DNA of 64,000 bases. Origin: Ginglymostoma cirratum. Taxonomy: Eukaryota. Shown piece after piece: positions 50,956-64,000 of this stretch. The stretch covers positions 13,456,888 to 13,520,887 of the forward strand of contig JAHRHZ010000111.1 in NCBI GenBank assembly GCA_024137785.1, given 5' to 3'. The first letter of the stretch is position 1, and each line of letters opens with the position of its first letter. The position numbers and the translations under genes are program-made. Below the pieces are notes generated by a model, which was not told the origin of the DNA, did not search any database, and was given only the letters and a program-made list of their open reading frames with translations.

Positions 50956-53779
50956 TTGCTCCTAGTTTGCAACGTTCGGAGTGATGTGCAGCTGAAGTTC
51001 AACTATGTGTTGGTAGTTGCTGGCAGCAGGGAGCATTCCCGGTTCTGCAAAAGCACAAATCAATGAGAAGGTTTGTTGCATAATTAATGAATTGAGCAGA
51101 GGAAGACTATGCGAGAAAAGTTGCCAGGGCTCATGGAGGGAAAACCTCAGTGAAATTCCCCGAAACTGACAATTAGCCAAGATCCAGCCCTGTGTTTAGA
51201 AGTCAACATCCTATTAATAATATATTATCTGGTTCTGCATGAAAGCAAATACATAGATTGAATGAGGAATGGATTTATGATGAAGGATTCTGTCTTGATT
51301 TACAGCTTACACCTAATGGAATTTGAAAATCACAGGAATTATCTGTCAGTGTCATTGTCAGTCTTGACAAAACTCCCCATTCAGAATCAATTGGGAAATC
51401 TTTCAACCTAGAACATGGAAGCACTGTGAAATTTACTTAGGAGAGATCTACTGTGACACATAACTGAAGGTGAAGCCACTAGCCGTGAAACTAGTTCTTT
51501 TTTTATATAAGAGGAATATCTCCTAACTTTATAATCATTTGTTTGATAGAGGCTAAACTTTGTGATGTTGCCAAGTTGGACTGTCGAGTAGAAAAATGTG
51601 ACAACATGGTTCAGAAATCTTATTTGAGCTGTGTATAGTATGTCTGTGGGTCAAGTGTTCAGAATAACAAATTTCACGGTTTTGAAAAATCATCATCATC
51701 TTTTCATCTTTTAGGGATGGGTATGAGATTCTTAAGATTACTATATTTTCGGACAATGTTTTTAACGTAGCATAAGATTAAAGTGTTCATGTGATCTGTT
51801 CTGATGTCTGCCTAACAACAGACCATGGTGAGGGGTCTGTAAGGAAGGCCCAGATTTATTTGTTGGAATGAAGGTGTAAGGGGTTCACATGGAGTTATAG
51901 ACTCATACAGTATGGAAACAGACCCTTTGGTGCAACTCGTCCATGCCAACTAAGTTTCCCAAACTAAACTAGTCCCACTTGATGACATTTGGCACATATT
52001 CCTCTAAAGTTTTCCTATTCATGTGCCTGTCCAAATGTCTCTTAAATGTTGTAAATGTACATTCATCTACGACTTCCTCTGGTGGTTCATTCCTCATACG
52101 AACCACCCTCTGTGTGAAAAAGTTGCCCCTCAGGTCCCTTTTAAATCTTTCTCCTCTCAGCTTAAAAATATGCCCCTAGTTTTGAACTCCCCCACCCTAG
52201 AGAAAGGAATTTTGCTATTCACCTTATCTATGCCCTTCATGATTTTATAAACCTCTATTCAAGGTCACTCCTCAATGACAATAACATTGTGGTTATTGGA
52301 TAGACTTTATCATCAAAGTACCAGGAAAGTATCAAGAATGCCATGTTGTGAACAGTTAAACTTCAGATTGTCCATTTGCTTCCAACTTAAAACTGAGTTG
52401 GGATCTAAAGAATATCCAGACAGTATTTGTAACTGAATATAAAGCCCATGTGATTCATGTTGTGTTGGAAATGGGCTTTAAGACAGGGAAGAATGCTTAG
52501 GAAATTATTTGTGGGATTGGGTGACAGATTTTCCTTTGTTAGAAGAACTTCTGTTTCCACAGTCTCAACTGGTTGATCCAGAATCATTGGGTATGGCAAA
52601 CCAGCCCCAGCAAAGGCACTTCCCATCAGTGGGCAAATTAGGTGCAATCTTCACAATTATACAGCTACTAATTAAAGTACATTTACAAACCACCTCTGAC
52701 CACCAGCAAGTGGCTGATCCAAAATCTCTAAAAGTAACAACTCTAATTCCTGTCTTGAAGAGAGTGCAGTAAACATTTACAAAAAACAATTCCAGAGATT
52801 AAAAATAAAGTTCATTAAGTAATGAAGATAGATTGGGGAGGTTGAGACTGTTCTCCTTAGAGAGAAGGCTAAAAGGAAATCCGATCGAAGTTTTCAAAAT
52901 CATGAGAGGTCTAGATAGAGTAGACAGATCGAAATGGTTGCTGCTGGTAAAAGGATTAAGAACAGGAGGGCAAAGATTTAAAATGAATTGCAAATATTGC
53001 AAATGTGTTGTGAGAAAAGTTCTTCATACAATGAGTAGTTTGGTTCTGGGATGCACTGCTTGGAAGTGTGATGGAGGCAGAGTCAATGGAGGCATTCAAG
53101 ATGGCATTGGACGAGTGTTTAAATAGAAACAATGTGTAAGGATATGGGCAAAAGGCAGGTGAACAGTCCTGAGTCAGTATGGCCAGCTGGAGAACCAGTG
53201 CAGAAACAATGGGCAGAGTGGCCTCCTTCTGTATCATAACAATTCTGTCACTACACATCAATGAGAATACTTTAACTTTAAACAAAAAACTTCCATAATT
53301 CATTCCAGCCGTCCCACTGAATTATTGAAAGCAGGATAACCTGCCGGTTTGTCATCAGTTTTACCCACTGTGCAGTAATTTCTGGAGTACTGAACAGTTC
53401 TACAAATGCTCCAGTCTTGCTTTATACTTTCCAGCATTCCACACTTACTCGTCCTTTTTTTACGAGAAAGGTGACATCAGTACCATTGAAACAAATTTAA
53501 CTACAGGACTGTCTCTCTTAATGCTCTGAGAACAGTCTGCAAACACAATCTGAATAAAATAATCCAACTTTCTTCTGGATATTATGGTTTCATAGCAATG
53601 TTTTGATTTGACATTCGATGCATTTCAACCCTTTCCTGACTGAACTTGGGTGCTATGTGAATATTGCTTACCAAGTTAGGACGAAGACTTACATCAAAGG
53701 CACACTGATTGATATGCATGGAACGTCACAGAAGCCGCACAGGTCACACAGTCTAGAAGGAATGTTGCGTAAACACCCA

Positions 53780-54097
53780 AAAACCCTGCAGTGTGGAAGC
53801 AGGCCAATCTTCCCATCAAGTTCACACTGCCCCTCTGAAGAGCATCCCACCCCCCCACATCCTGTAAGTCTGCATTTCCCATGGCTAATCCACCTAGTTT
53901 GCACATTCCTGGTCACTATGGGTAATTTAACATAGCCAATACACCTAACCTGCACATCCTTGGACGATGGGAGAAAACTGGAGCACCCGAAGGAAACCAA
54001 CACAGACACAGGGAGAGTGTGCAAAACTCCACACAGACTGAGCCTGGGTCCCTGGTGCTGAGACAGCAGTGCTAACCACTGAGCCAACATGTCGCCC
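53780..54097 (-). mobile_element. HE1-type V-SINE
   Basis: Same organisation as 27210-27498. Confidence 0.8.
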
Positions 54098-55989
54098 TAT
54101 GTTACAGGAACTAACATAAGTATTGCTTCATCAGGTACAAACACCCGGCTGAGGGCAAAAGCCCACAACATGATGGTAGGTCAGCTGTGAAATGAATTTA
54201 AAACATCAACAGATTAAATTAAACTCAAGTCATAAAAGCAAGAACAGAAACAAGCTAGAAATAACATGGGGTTATTTCAGAAGCGTACGGAGGGAGGAAT
54301 GGCATAATTCCATCACATCATTAAAGCACTTTGAATTTTGCATGAGATAGCTGCAGCCTGTAGGAAACTACAATTTTGATTGCTGCAGTAGTCAGATTAG
54401 ACAGGATTATTCAATGTATAAATGTGTGTGCTGGACAAAAGACCATTTGCTATTGATCTACCAGAAGAGGAGTACAAATAGGAACCACCTGCTGTTAAAA
54501 GTGAGGAAGGGGGTAAATTTAGACCTTTTTAACCAGATATCATGATCCCAATTATCTGTGGTTTCTCTGAACTTTGTAAAGGTTTTGCTGAAGGAAGAGA
54601 ACAGCAGGTAGTAAAAATGTGCAGGTGTTTCAGGGCAGTCCAGGAAGGTGGGTGGCCCATCAAAGGGAAAGAAATCAAATAATCATTTCATTAGTCACCA
54701 ACTGAAATATCACTTTCAGTATGTCTGTCATTGGGCTGTTGAGATCAGTATTGCAGGGAAGTATGGGAAATTAGTATGCTGTAGAACAATTCAATGGCAG
54801 CAGGACTAGTTGAAATAAGCTATCTGGAAAGATCAGGAAGAATGGGACTAATATAATATCTTGGGTTTACAAAGATATGATTTTTTTGAATAGATTCTTT
54901 CTGTGCTGCAAGATTCAATATGAGAAGCTAGGGCCTATCAAGGGTACCCTTCCAAACCCTATTACTAAGAGAGACTGATTGATCAGATCATTGACTAAGA
55001 CTTGGAGTGTTCAGGCATTATATCATTGTGCTACACACAATCAAGCTATGCAAGCTCAGAATCAAAGATATAGAGCTTCCCTCTCAGCACACCATTGTCA
55101 CAAAGCAATTAGTACTGCTACCCAATAATGAGCAGTATTAGGTAGTGAGTGTAGAATGTTTTATAATGCTGCTGCTGAAGACCTACAGGAGGTTTGCTTT
55201 TCAGGCAGTTGTAAGGACAATTTGTTTGGCATTTTCTCCCTTTTTCCAGCCATAATCATGACACAGCCCCACTTCCAGTCTGCATCCATCCCTTGTGACC
55301 AAGTGGAGATTGCAAATTCAGTGAATGGTGGATGTATACCATGGTGTCCTATAAGTTCATAGCACCTCATTTTATAAATCTCTCTGCACCAGTTCATCAG
55401 ATCAGTCACTAGCCTCAGTGACCATTTCTTCCACCATTGGCAAACTGTAACTGCAGTGTCTAACTATGATGGTGGTCCGCAAACTTCTTGGTTGACAGAT
55501 CCCTTATAAATGGATTATTAATCACAAACTCAGTCTAAATTCTAACTATAGCGACTCTGAATATGATAGTGTGGTATGTAAAGATAAATTTAATAAGGTC
55601 TTTAAGAAAACTGATAGTTACTTTGAGTAACATTTTGAGGATTGTCTCACCAGTGTCAGTGGTAATGAACAGATTGGACAAACCTGACAGAAAATGTAAG
55701 TGTAACTCCACTAGTATTCTAGTTCATGCCAAATGAACTGAATTTAATATGATTAAATTTTGGCTATATATGGAATTAACTGACAATTGGTTCTTAGATC
55801 ACATCTGATATAAACAGCTTCTGGCCAAACAGTCTTACCACTGCTTCAATAGGTTCAAGGCAGGTTCTTATTTAAATTTAAATAAAGTTCCCAAAAACAC
55901 TGGAGTTTCATTCTCTCCAATTCCGTTACCAAATGTGACATTCTTAGGAATGTTATCCAGACCTGTACAAATCCAGTGCAATTTTTCAG

Positions 55990-56255
55990 TAATAAAAACA
56001 GAAAACACTGGAGAAACTCAGCAGGTCTGGCAACATCTGTGGAGAGAAAACAGAGCTAACATTTTGAATCCAGTAACCCTTCAACAGAAATGAAAACAAC
56101 TGGGAAAGGATGGTATTTGAAGAGTACTGAGAAAGAATCACATTAGACTCAAACTGTTAACTCTGTTTCTCACTGCACAGATGCTGCCAGAGCTGCTGAG
56201 TTTCTCCAGCACTTTCTGTTTTTATTTCAAATCTCCAGCATTTTCAGTTCTTTAC
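55990..56255. mobile_element. Palindromic Penelope-derived element
   Basis: Arms aataaaaacagaaa..ctggagaaactcagcag / ctgctgagtttctccagc..ttctgtttttatt. Confidence 0.7.
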
Positions 56256-56898
56256 TTTTGGCCTACAATGTTTGGGTTTAAATCCCAGATTGATGAAGAA
56301 CCACATTCAAATTTTCCTTATAGATATGAACCCTAGCACAGAGGTAAGGACAATACCTTTGCACCACAAGAGTTAATTGAAATCTTTTGGCTCTCTTTTG
56401 GATGGAAAACAATTCTTGCAATTGGTTTCCAACCAATCAAAAATGAGTTTGTACTATTGGAGTTGTTATGCACTAAGACAATGAGGGCCAGGTGGAACCT
56501 TTTTAAGGCAGGGAGCGAGTCACAAAAACACAGTATGGAAGAGGGGGAGAAAGGATTAGGAACTTGGTTGAAAGATGAAATGACCTTTTTTTTAAAGAGT
56601 TGGGGGAAATTTTAAAAGTACAATGTGCATTGAATGTATTTGATGTTATTGTCCCATGTTTATTAGATAAGTTATTGTTTGAGGCATTTAACCATAGATT
56701 GCTTCTGGTAACAGAGACCTTTCCCACAGATACATGGGTGATGGAAGGTTAAATTTCAACCTGTGGTTTCATTTTCTTATAATATACCTAACTTAGTCAT
56801 ACTTAATTTAGTGGTGGGGCTTCAGGATTAAAGCAGTTGAGTTTCAGGAGTTGGCGGTGATACGAGTGGGAGGTACCTGGGTGAAGAACTGGATTGAG

Positions 56899-57444
56899 AT
56901 GGAGAAGCTATGCCACTATGAGATTGTTGGGGAACTTGGCCAAGGGAGTTATGGGACTGTGTATGAAGCAAGACACTGCAAGAGCCAAGTTAAAGTTGCT
57001 TTGAAGAAAGTGTTGTGCAACTCTCCTGAATCTTCAGAACTGGCTCTGCAGGAATTCTGGGCACTGAGCAGCGTGAAGAAGAGACACCAAAATGTGATCT
57101 GGCTTCATGAGTGCATCCTGCAAAAGGAGGAGATCATCCAGAGGATCAAGAAGGCTCCTCAGGAATCAGAGAGCCATTTGCTCCTGATCGAGACTTGCCT
57201 GAAGGGGAAGTGTTGCTTTGACCCTAGGATGTCCCATGTTTTGTGGTTTGTGATGGAGTTCTGTGATGGGGGTAATCTGAATGACTACTTGCTGAGCAGA
57301 CATGCTGATAGCAGGATGAACAATCGCTTCATACAACAGCTCAGTGCTGCTGTGGTGTTCCTGCACCTCAACCAGATCATCCATCGAGACCTCAAACCAG
57401 ACAATGTCCTCATTGCCAACACTCCAACTGGACCTCTTTTAAAG
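56899..57444 (+). CDS. STK35/PDIK1L-family Ser/Thr kinase, first visible coding exon (182 aa)
   Basis: GQGSYG loop, VALKK, family signature ELALQEFWALSS, LWFVMEFCDGG, HRDLKPDN; donor AAG|gtgagg at 57445. Confidence 0.93.
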
Positions 57445-57654
57445 GTGAGGAGTTGAAGTTATTCTTTATGCAAAAGGGTAAGTACACATTTGCATTAGTA
57501 CTTCAGCTGTTATGGCACATTTGGCCCATTGTGTTTGTGCAGGTTCTGTTACCTAGTGTCAGTCTCCTGTCTGTCCCCATATTCCTGCACGCTGAATCAT
57601 AAGTTGGATCTAAAGGCAATGTCCTCTTGAATGCCCCTCCTTTTTCTGACTTTA

Positions 57655-58555
57655 GGATGTTGGAGCTGGGTCTGTTTTTGTCATTTTATCTAAATGAGTT
57701 TAGATGAGAATATAGAAAGCATGGTTAGTAAATTTATGGATGATACCAAAATTGGTGATTTTAGTAGACAGTGAAGAAGGTCATCTAAGATTACAAAGGG
57801 ATCTTGATCAATTAGCTGAATGGGCTGAGGAATGGCAGATGGAGTTTAATTTGGATAAATGCAAGGGATTACACTTTGCTAAAACAAACAAGGACAGGAC
57901 TTGTATAATTAATGGTTGAGTCTTGGGTAGTGACCTAAGGGTTCAGGCACATAATTCTTTGAAGTTTGTGTCACATAAATAGGGTGGTTAAAGTGTGTAG
58001 CACGTTGCTGTCATTGCTCTGACGGTCTAGGAGTTGGGATGTCCTTTTGAGGTTATACAGGACATTGGTAAGGTATCTTCTGCAGTATTGTCTAATCTTG
58101 GTTGCCCTGTTAGAGAAAGGATATTAGACTGGAGATGGTTCAGAAAAGATTTCAGGATGATGCTGGGAATAAAGGGCTTGAGTTACAAGGAGAAGCTGGG
58201 ACTTTTTTCACTAGTGTAGGAAGTTGAGGGGTGACTTTGTAAATATCTATACCCCTCATGACCTTATAGAAAGTGTCTTATTCCTAGGGTGGGGTACTTT
58301 CAGATTAGGGGACACATTTTTATAGTGAAAAGAGAAAGATCACGTGGCAATTTTTTTTCTTTAAACAGTTGGTTGTGTGGAATGAACTTCTAGATGAAGT
58401 GGTGGATGTGGATACATTTTTTTTTGTACAAGGTTTAAGACACTTAAATATGTACACGAATAAGAAATGTTTGGAGGGATATGGGCCAAGTGCAGTTAAG
58501 GGGGATTATAGTCAGTATGGACTGGCTGGACTGAAGGCTCTGTTTCCAGACTGAG
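57655..58555 (+). mobile_element. CR1 3' fragment in the kinase intron (further CR1 pieces at ~51895-52275, ~52820-53240, ~58710-59210, ~62290-62795)
   Basis: KFMDDTKIG, WAEEWQMEFNLDKC. Confidence 0.8.
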
Positions 58556-60599
58556 TGTTTCACAACCAATAAAGTGTAAACACTTTTCCTTTATGAAGAA
58601 TAATAATAATCTGTGCAAAACAGACTCTTAGACAACATGAGTGACCAAGCAATTTGTTTGCCATATTGAAGTATCAATATTATTCTGGGTTGTCCACTTC
58701 CTATAAGTCCAGAAGAAATAAGGACAGGAGGTTGCTGCTCAGCCCATCCAAGTCTGTTCCACTATTCAATCAGATTATAGCTGATCTGACATTTCTCATA
58801 ACCACTTTCTTGCCCATTACCTGTAACCCTTGATGCCCCTACTGATCAAGAATCTGTGTATCTCAGCCTTAATTACACACAAGGACTCGATGACCAGGGG
58901 ATTAAAATCCCTTAACCCTGAGGGAAGAAGTGCTTCCTCATCTCAGTCCCAAATTGCTGCCCCTTTATTCTGAGACTGTGCCCCCGATCCTAAATCGTCC
59001 CATGAGGGGAACTATCCTCAGCATTTACCCTATCAAGCCCCTTTAAGAATCATCTGTTTGTTTCAATGAGATCACCTCCCATTCTTCTTAACTCCAGTGA
59101 GTAGAGTCCCAACCTCTTTGGCCTTTATTCATAAGACAATCTGTCCAGTACCAAGGATCATTCCTAGTGAACTGTGTTGAACTGCCTCCAATGAAATGAT
59201 ATCTTTCTCTTGCAAATAATGCAGCAGTATCTTTTACATCCAGCACTGTCAATGTGGTGACTGGATCTCCAAAATGCAGTGTTTCACAGTCCAGAGATTA
59301 TGCATCGTCCTGTCTAGATGGGATTGAACCTATGACCTTGTGAATAACGTACAAATGAAGTCATTTTCTTTCTGAGGATTCACTCTAGCTTTTAAGGACG
59401 GTGTCACTAACCTACTGACACCATTACCTATTATCCATTCAGACCTCAGCTACTGATTAGTATCTAATTTTCCATTAGGATGAAGCCTCGCAATCTTGAA
59501 CCTGAAATGTAATTCTGTCTTCACCCTGATTTTTTTTTCAAAAACGTCTGACCTCATGAAATTAAATCTGTTTAAAGTGCAACCATTTGAAATTCTTCTG
59601 AGCTGTACTAACAGATCTGTTGCTAGTGCACAATCCTGCTCCATTGTAGCCCCAGACCTATCCTGAAAACCCAACAGTCGCTCTTGGTGTTTTCTGCTCT
59701 TTTTAAATGTACACTTTTAACCTGAATTGTTGCAGAATCAGCTGGAAAATAACTTTGCCTTGATACTTACTCTGGCACAAACTTTTCAGACCACACTTTT
59801 GATTTACTTAGGCTAGATCTGACAATCCTTCCTCTTTATATATTGCAAGCCTTGAAAAGTCAGTACAACTTTAAACATTCAATGTTGTCATAATATTTAA
59901 AAAGTGGAATATTCTGACACATTAAGAGGTGTAGATTTTACAGTGGGTCTTATTGAAAAGTCATTAATGGTTATCATTTAAATGGTATTACAATTTGGAA
60001 GGAAATTGGTTGACCAGCTTGCAATCAGCTGAGACAGACGCCGACTTTTGAATGTTGGCTGCAATAGCTTCTCTAAATTGACTGTGCAGCAGATGTAACT
60101 ATTGCAAAAAAAAACTCGGGTCATTTTTTTTTTTGGATGAAAAAAATCAGTAGTTTAAAGACTGTGTGCAAGCAGTCTAATCCAGGATCCTGCTCTTGCT
60201 GTGAATTTCAATAGGGAGTTTGCATTCGAGCTCCAGGAAGCAAAGTTCACAATTCATGTGCAATTACTAAGTGAATGAACAGAACCTCAACATCCTCAGG
60301 GGCTAAGAATTAGAAGTGGAACTGGGCTCAGATGAGACACTAAAGTACAAGGAGAAACAAAAATGAGGAGTTGCAAAGATAGAGGGCTGAGTGACATTTT
60401 TGATTTTAATCTGAAGGGGAATAATCAGGCTCTGTAAAACCTAGAGCAAGGATGCTGTTGTGTGAAGAGGCCACAAATCTGAGTTTATACTTTTAATCTC
60501 TAGTTACCACACTTAGTGGGGAGGGTTCTCCTCTGGAGAGAAGTTAGGTTTGAGGGAGAGAGAATGGGATTGTTTATGTGGGGGTGGGGATGGGGTCAC

Positions 60600-61600
60600 T
60601 TCCACTCAACCAGGACCATCAAGCCAGGAGATCAACTCTGGCTCCATGAAGAGTGCAGGAGGGCATGCCTGAAGATGAGGGGTCAACCTGGTTAAGTTAC
60701 CAAACATCACTACTTGCACACCAAACAGTTTAAGCAGCAAGTGATAGCCAAATGATCCCAAAACTACCAAATCGATCTTAAAGCTCTGCAGTCCTGTCAC
60801 ACGTCCAGTTATGAATGGTGGTGGACAATTAAACAATATTTGGAGAAGGAAGCTCCACAAATCTCCCCATCTTCAATGATGAAAGAGCCCCAGTATCTGT
60901 GCAAAATAGAAGACTGAAGTATTCACAGCAATCTTCAACCAGAAGTGCTGACTGGATGATCCATCTCAGCCTCCTCTGGTAGTCCTCAGCAGCACAGTCT
61001 TCAGCCAATTCAATTCACTCCAAGTGATATAAGAAAGGAATACTGCAGCAAATAACTCCTCTCCTCCAAAGCCTGTCTGCCATCTACACTGCACATGTCA
61101 GGAGTGTAATGGAATGCTTACCACTTGCCTGGATGGTGCAACTGCAGCAATATTGAGCTTGACACCATCCAGGACAAAGCAGCCCACTTGATTTGGCACT
61201 GCATCCACTCCCTCCATCACCAATGCTCAATACACACTGTTTCTATCTATAAAATGCACTGAAGAAGTTGACCAAAGATCCTTAGACAGCACCTTCCAAG
61301 CCCATGACTACTTCCATCTTGAGGGTAATGGGCAGTAGATACATGGGAATGCAACCTCCCGCTTTTTCCAAACCCACAAGCCATTCCCCATCCTGACTTG
61401 GAAATATATCACTGTTCCTTCACTGTTGCTGTGTCAAAATCCTAGAATTCCCTCCCTAATGTCATTGTGGGTCAACCCACAGCACGTAGACTGCAGCGGT
61501 TCAAGAAGGCAGCTCACCACCACCTTCTCAAGGGCAACTAGGGACAAGCAATAAATTCTGGTACAGCCAGCAACACCCACGTGCCATGGGTGAATAGAAC
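60600..61600 (+). mobile_element. Non-LTR retrotransposon fragment, same family as 22450-23462
   Basis: LDTIQDKAAHLI motif and shared 3' tail. Confidence 0.7.
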
Positions 61601-62883
61601 ACTTACTATAGGCAACTGCTCAAGCAGCTGCCTCCTGTGCTGTAATAATTTTGATTGGATTCAATTTTCTGCTGTATCTACTTTTTTCAGCTTAGCAGTA
61701 AATGTTGTCTGTTTTAGCTGATTGTTACCATTGAGCACTCACTCAATGCATGATGGACAATTTTTGTCAGGACATGCAATGGAACTGAAGAACTAGAAAT
61801 AATTTTAATTATAAAAATGCTAAAGGTTGCCAGCTCTTTGTTTGTTTACAGATGCTGGAAATCAGCACTGCTTTTCAGTCCTCACTGGAGGTTGAGGTGG
61901 TGTTAATCTGTCCTACGTCATCATTGTTTGTAAACATTAGCTTTTCAACCACTTTTTTAATAGAAAATGTTTAACTTTCAGATTTGGTACTGACTAATTG
62001 AGTCTGAAATTCACTAATTGTCAACTGTTGAAGCAGACTGTGACAGTATTTAAAACCGGATTAGATGGGTGATGGAAAGAACAAAGGGGTATAAGAACCA
62101 AGCACTGTAGTCGTAGGAGGTTAAACACCAACATGGACCTGCTATTTCTGTCCTGTAACTATGTTCCCCTCAATTTTGCTTCACTCATCCATAATGTGAA
62201 ATCTAGTAGCTTAAATCACAGGCCCATCTGCTAAAATCCTGAATCTATTAAATATCTGATTATGTACAAATTCAGGATGAATCTTACAACTATAGAGCTG
62301 TACAGCATTGAAATGGACTCTTGGTCCAACTCCTCCATGCTGACCAGAGATCCTAAATTAATCTAGTCCCATTTGGCCCAGATCCCTCTTAAACCCTTCC
62401 TGTTCATTCCCATCCAGATGCCTTTATAAAGGTTGTAATTGTACCAGCCTCCTCCACTTTATCTGGCAGCTCATTCCATACATGCACCACCCTCTGAAAA
62501 AGTTGCCCTTTGGGTCCTTTTTTGGTAAATCTTCCCCTCTTGCCTTTAAACCTATGCCCTCTACTTTTGGACTCCATTACTCCAAGGTAAAGACCTTGTC
62601 TATTCACCCTATCCATGCCCCTCATGATTTTGAAAACCTCTATAAAGGTCACCTCTCAACCTCCAATACTCCAGGGAAAATTGCCCCAGCCTATTCAGTG
62701 TTTCCCTGTAGCTCAAACCCTCCCATCCTGCCAACTTTCTTGTAAGTCTTTGAACCCTTTCAAGTTTCACCGCATGCTTCCTATAGGCAGGGAGACCACC
62801 TTCCTTTTAAAATAAATAACTAAACACTACTGGATCCCACGGATCCCCATCACCCAACTCTTGGTATCTGGTCAGTGAATTAG

Positions 62884-63219
<336 letters not shown>

Positions 63220-64000
63220 TGAGTGCTGATGGTGTTTGGGTGGGGTGTTATTACCAGGTGAATGTCAGAACTCTTCAAACACATTTGATAAGCAAAGGTG
63301 ACAAATTGGGCCTTAACTATTGCCTTCCACTGCACGTAGGCTTTTTATCTACGTGGCATACACCTCAACCTGAGCACCAACAAGCTTGTGGTTATGTAGT
63401 GGCTTTAAAACAAAAGTGGCCTAAGACACTGCACAAAGTAACACCAAACGAAATTTTCTGGGCCATTAAAGGAGACATTGGGCTGGGTGGATTTCAAGCA
63501 GGGGAGAGAGGGAAATATGGAAAGGTTGGGAATGAAATTCCAGAGCTTGAGGCCTAGGCAGCTGAAGGCAGGGCCACCAGTAGGTTTTTAAAATTGGAGG
63601 CTTAGGGGCCTGCAACTGGAGGAAAGTGGACTTCCTAGAGTTATAGGAAGTCACCTGGATGAGGAGAGGCAAAGTCAGGGAAAAATTTGTTAAACCAGGA
63701 GCCAAGCTAAGCCTGTGATACAGGAGTGATGACTGAATGGATGAGTGTTAGGACATGGGTAGCAAAGGTTTGGATAACTATGCTTGTAGAGGATAGAATA
63801 TAGGTGGTTGGCCAGGAGCATGCTAAAACAATCCCTATGTTTGTTTTGTTAGTTTGGAATGATGGGTTCCAATGTAGAAAGATTGAAATGGCAATCTTAG
63901 TGATTGATTGATTTGCAAGATGAGCTTCTGATTTTGGATAAATAGGATACTAAGGTAGCAAACATTCTGTTTTACTTTCTCCTAGAAAGGATTGAGTTGG

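Larger units (their letters stand above)
43870..51190. mobile_element. Decayed PIF/Harbinger DNA transposon with both genes convergent; left boundary uncertain
   Basis: Transposase remnants on + and Myb/SANT remnants on -; right end ...gatccagccc; nested LINEs at ~44455-45050 and ~47720-48176. Confidence 0.7.

Noticed and set aside
56851-56898. N-terminal kinase extension from the ORF track
   Set aside because: Starts at TTG; the first ATG at 56899 fits the family N-terminus, though an upstream coding exon is not excluded.

Overview
Eukaryotic, repeat-rich vertebrate DNA, almost certainly a cartilaginous fish (HE1-type V-SINEs, Deu-type SINEs, abundant CR1 LINEs). Three host genes can be rebuilt by hand from splice signals. 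(1) The last two coding exons of a probable FBXO16 (+, 7847-8072 and 10394-10464). (2) A complete three-exon prepronociceptin-like opioid precursor (-, about 30710 to 16322, 194 aa); its nociceptin-position peptide has a Met-enkephalin core (YGGFMGVRKSVRNWSNLNRQTNQ). (3) Two exons of a divergent STK35/PDIK1L-family kinase (+, 56899-57444 and 62998-63214), head-to-head with the opioid gene and running out of the window. The rest is mostly nested transposon debris: CR1, L2, Rex1, a decayed Gypsy gag-protease, two Harbinger relics and Penelope-type palindromes carrying minimal hammerhead ribozyme motifs. A ~1 kb inverted duplication with a ~97% identical core lies between the opioid gene and the kinase. 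All homology calls are from memory of the families, not from database searches, and repeat boundaries are approximate.
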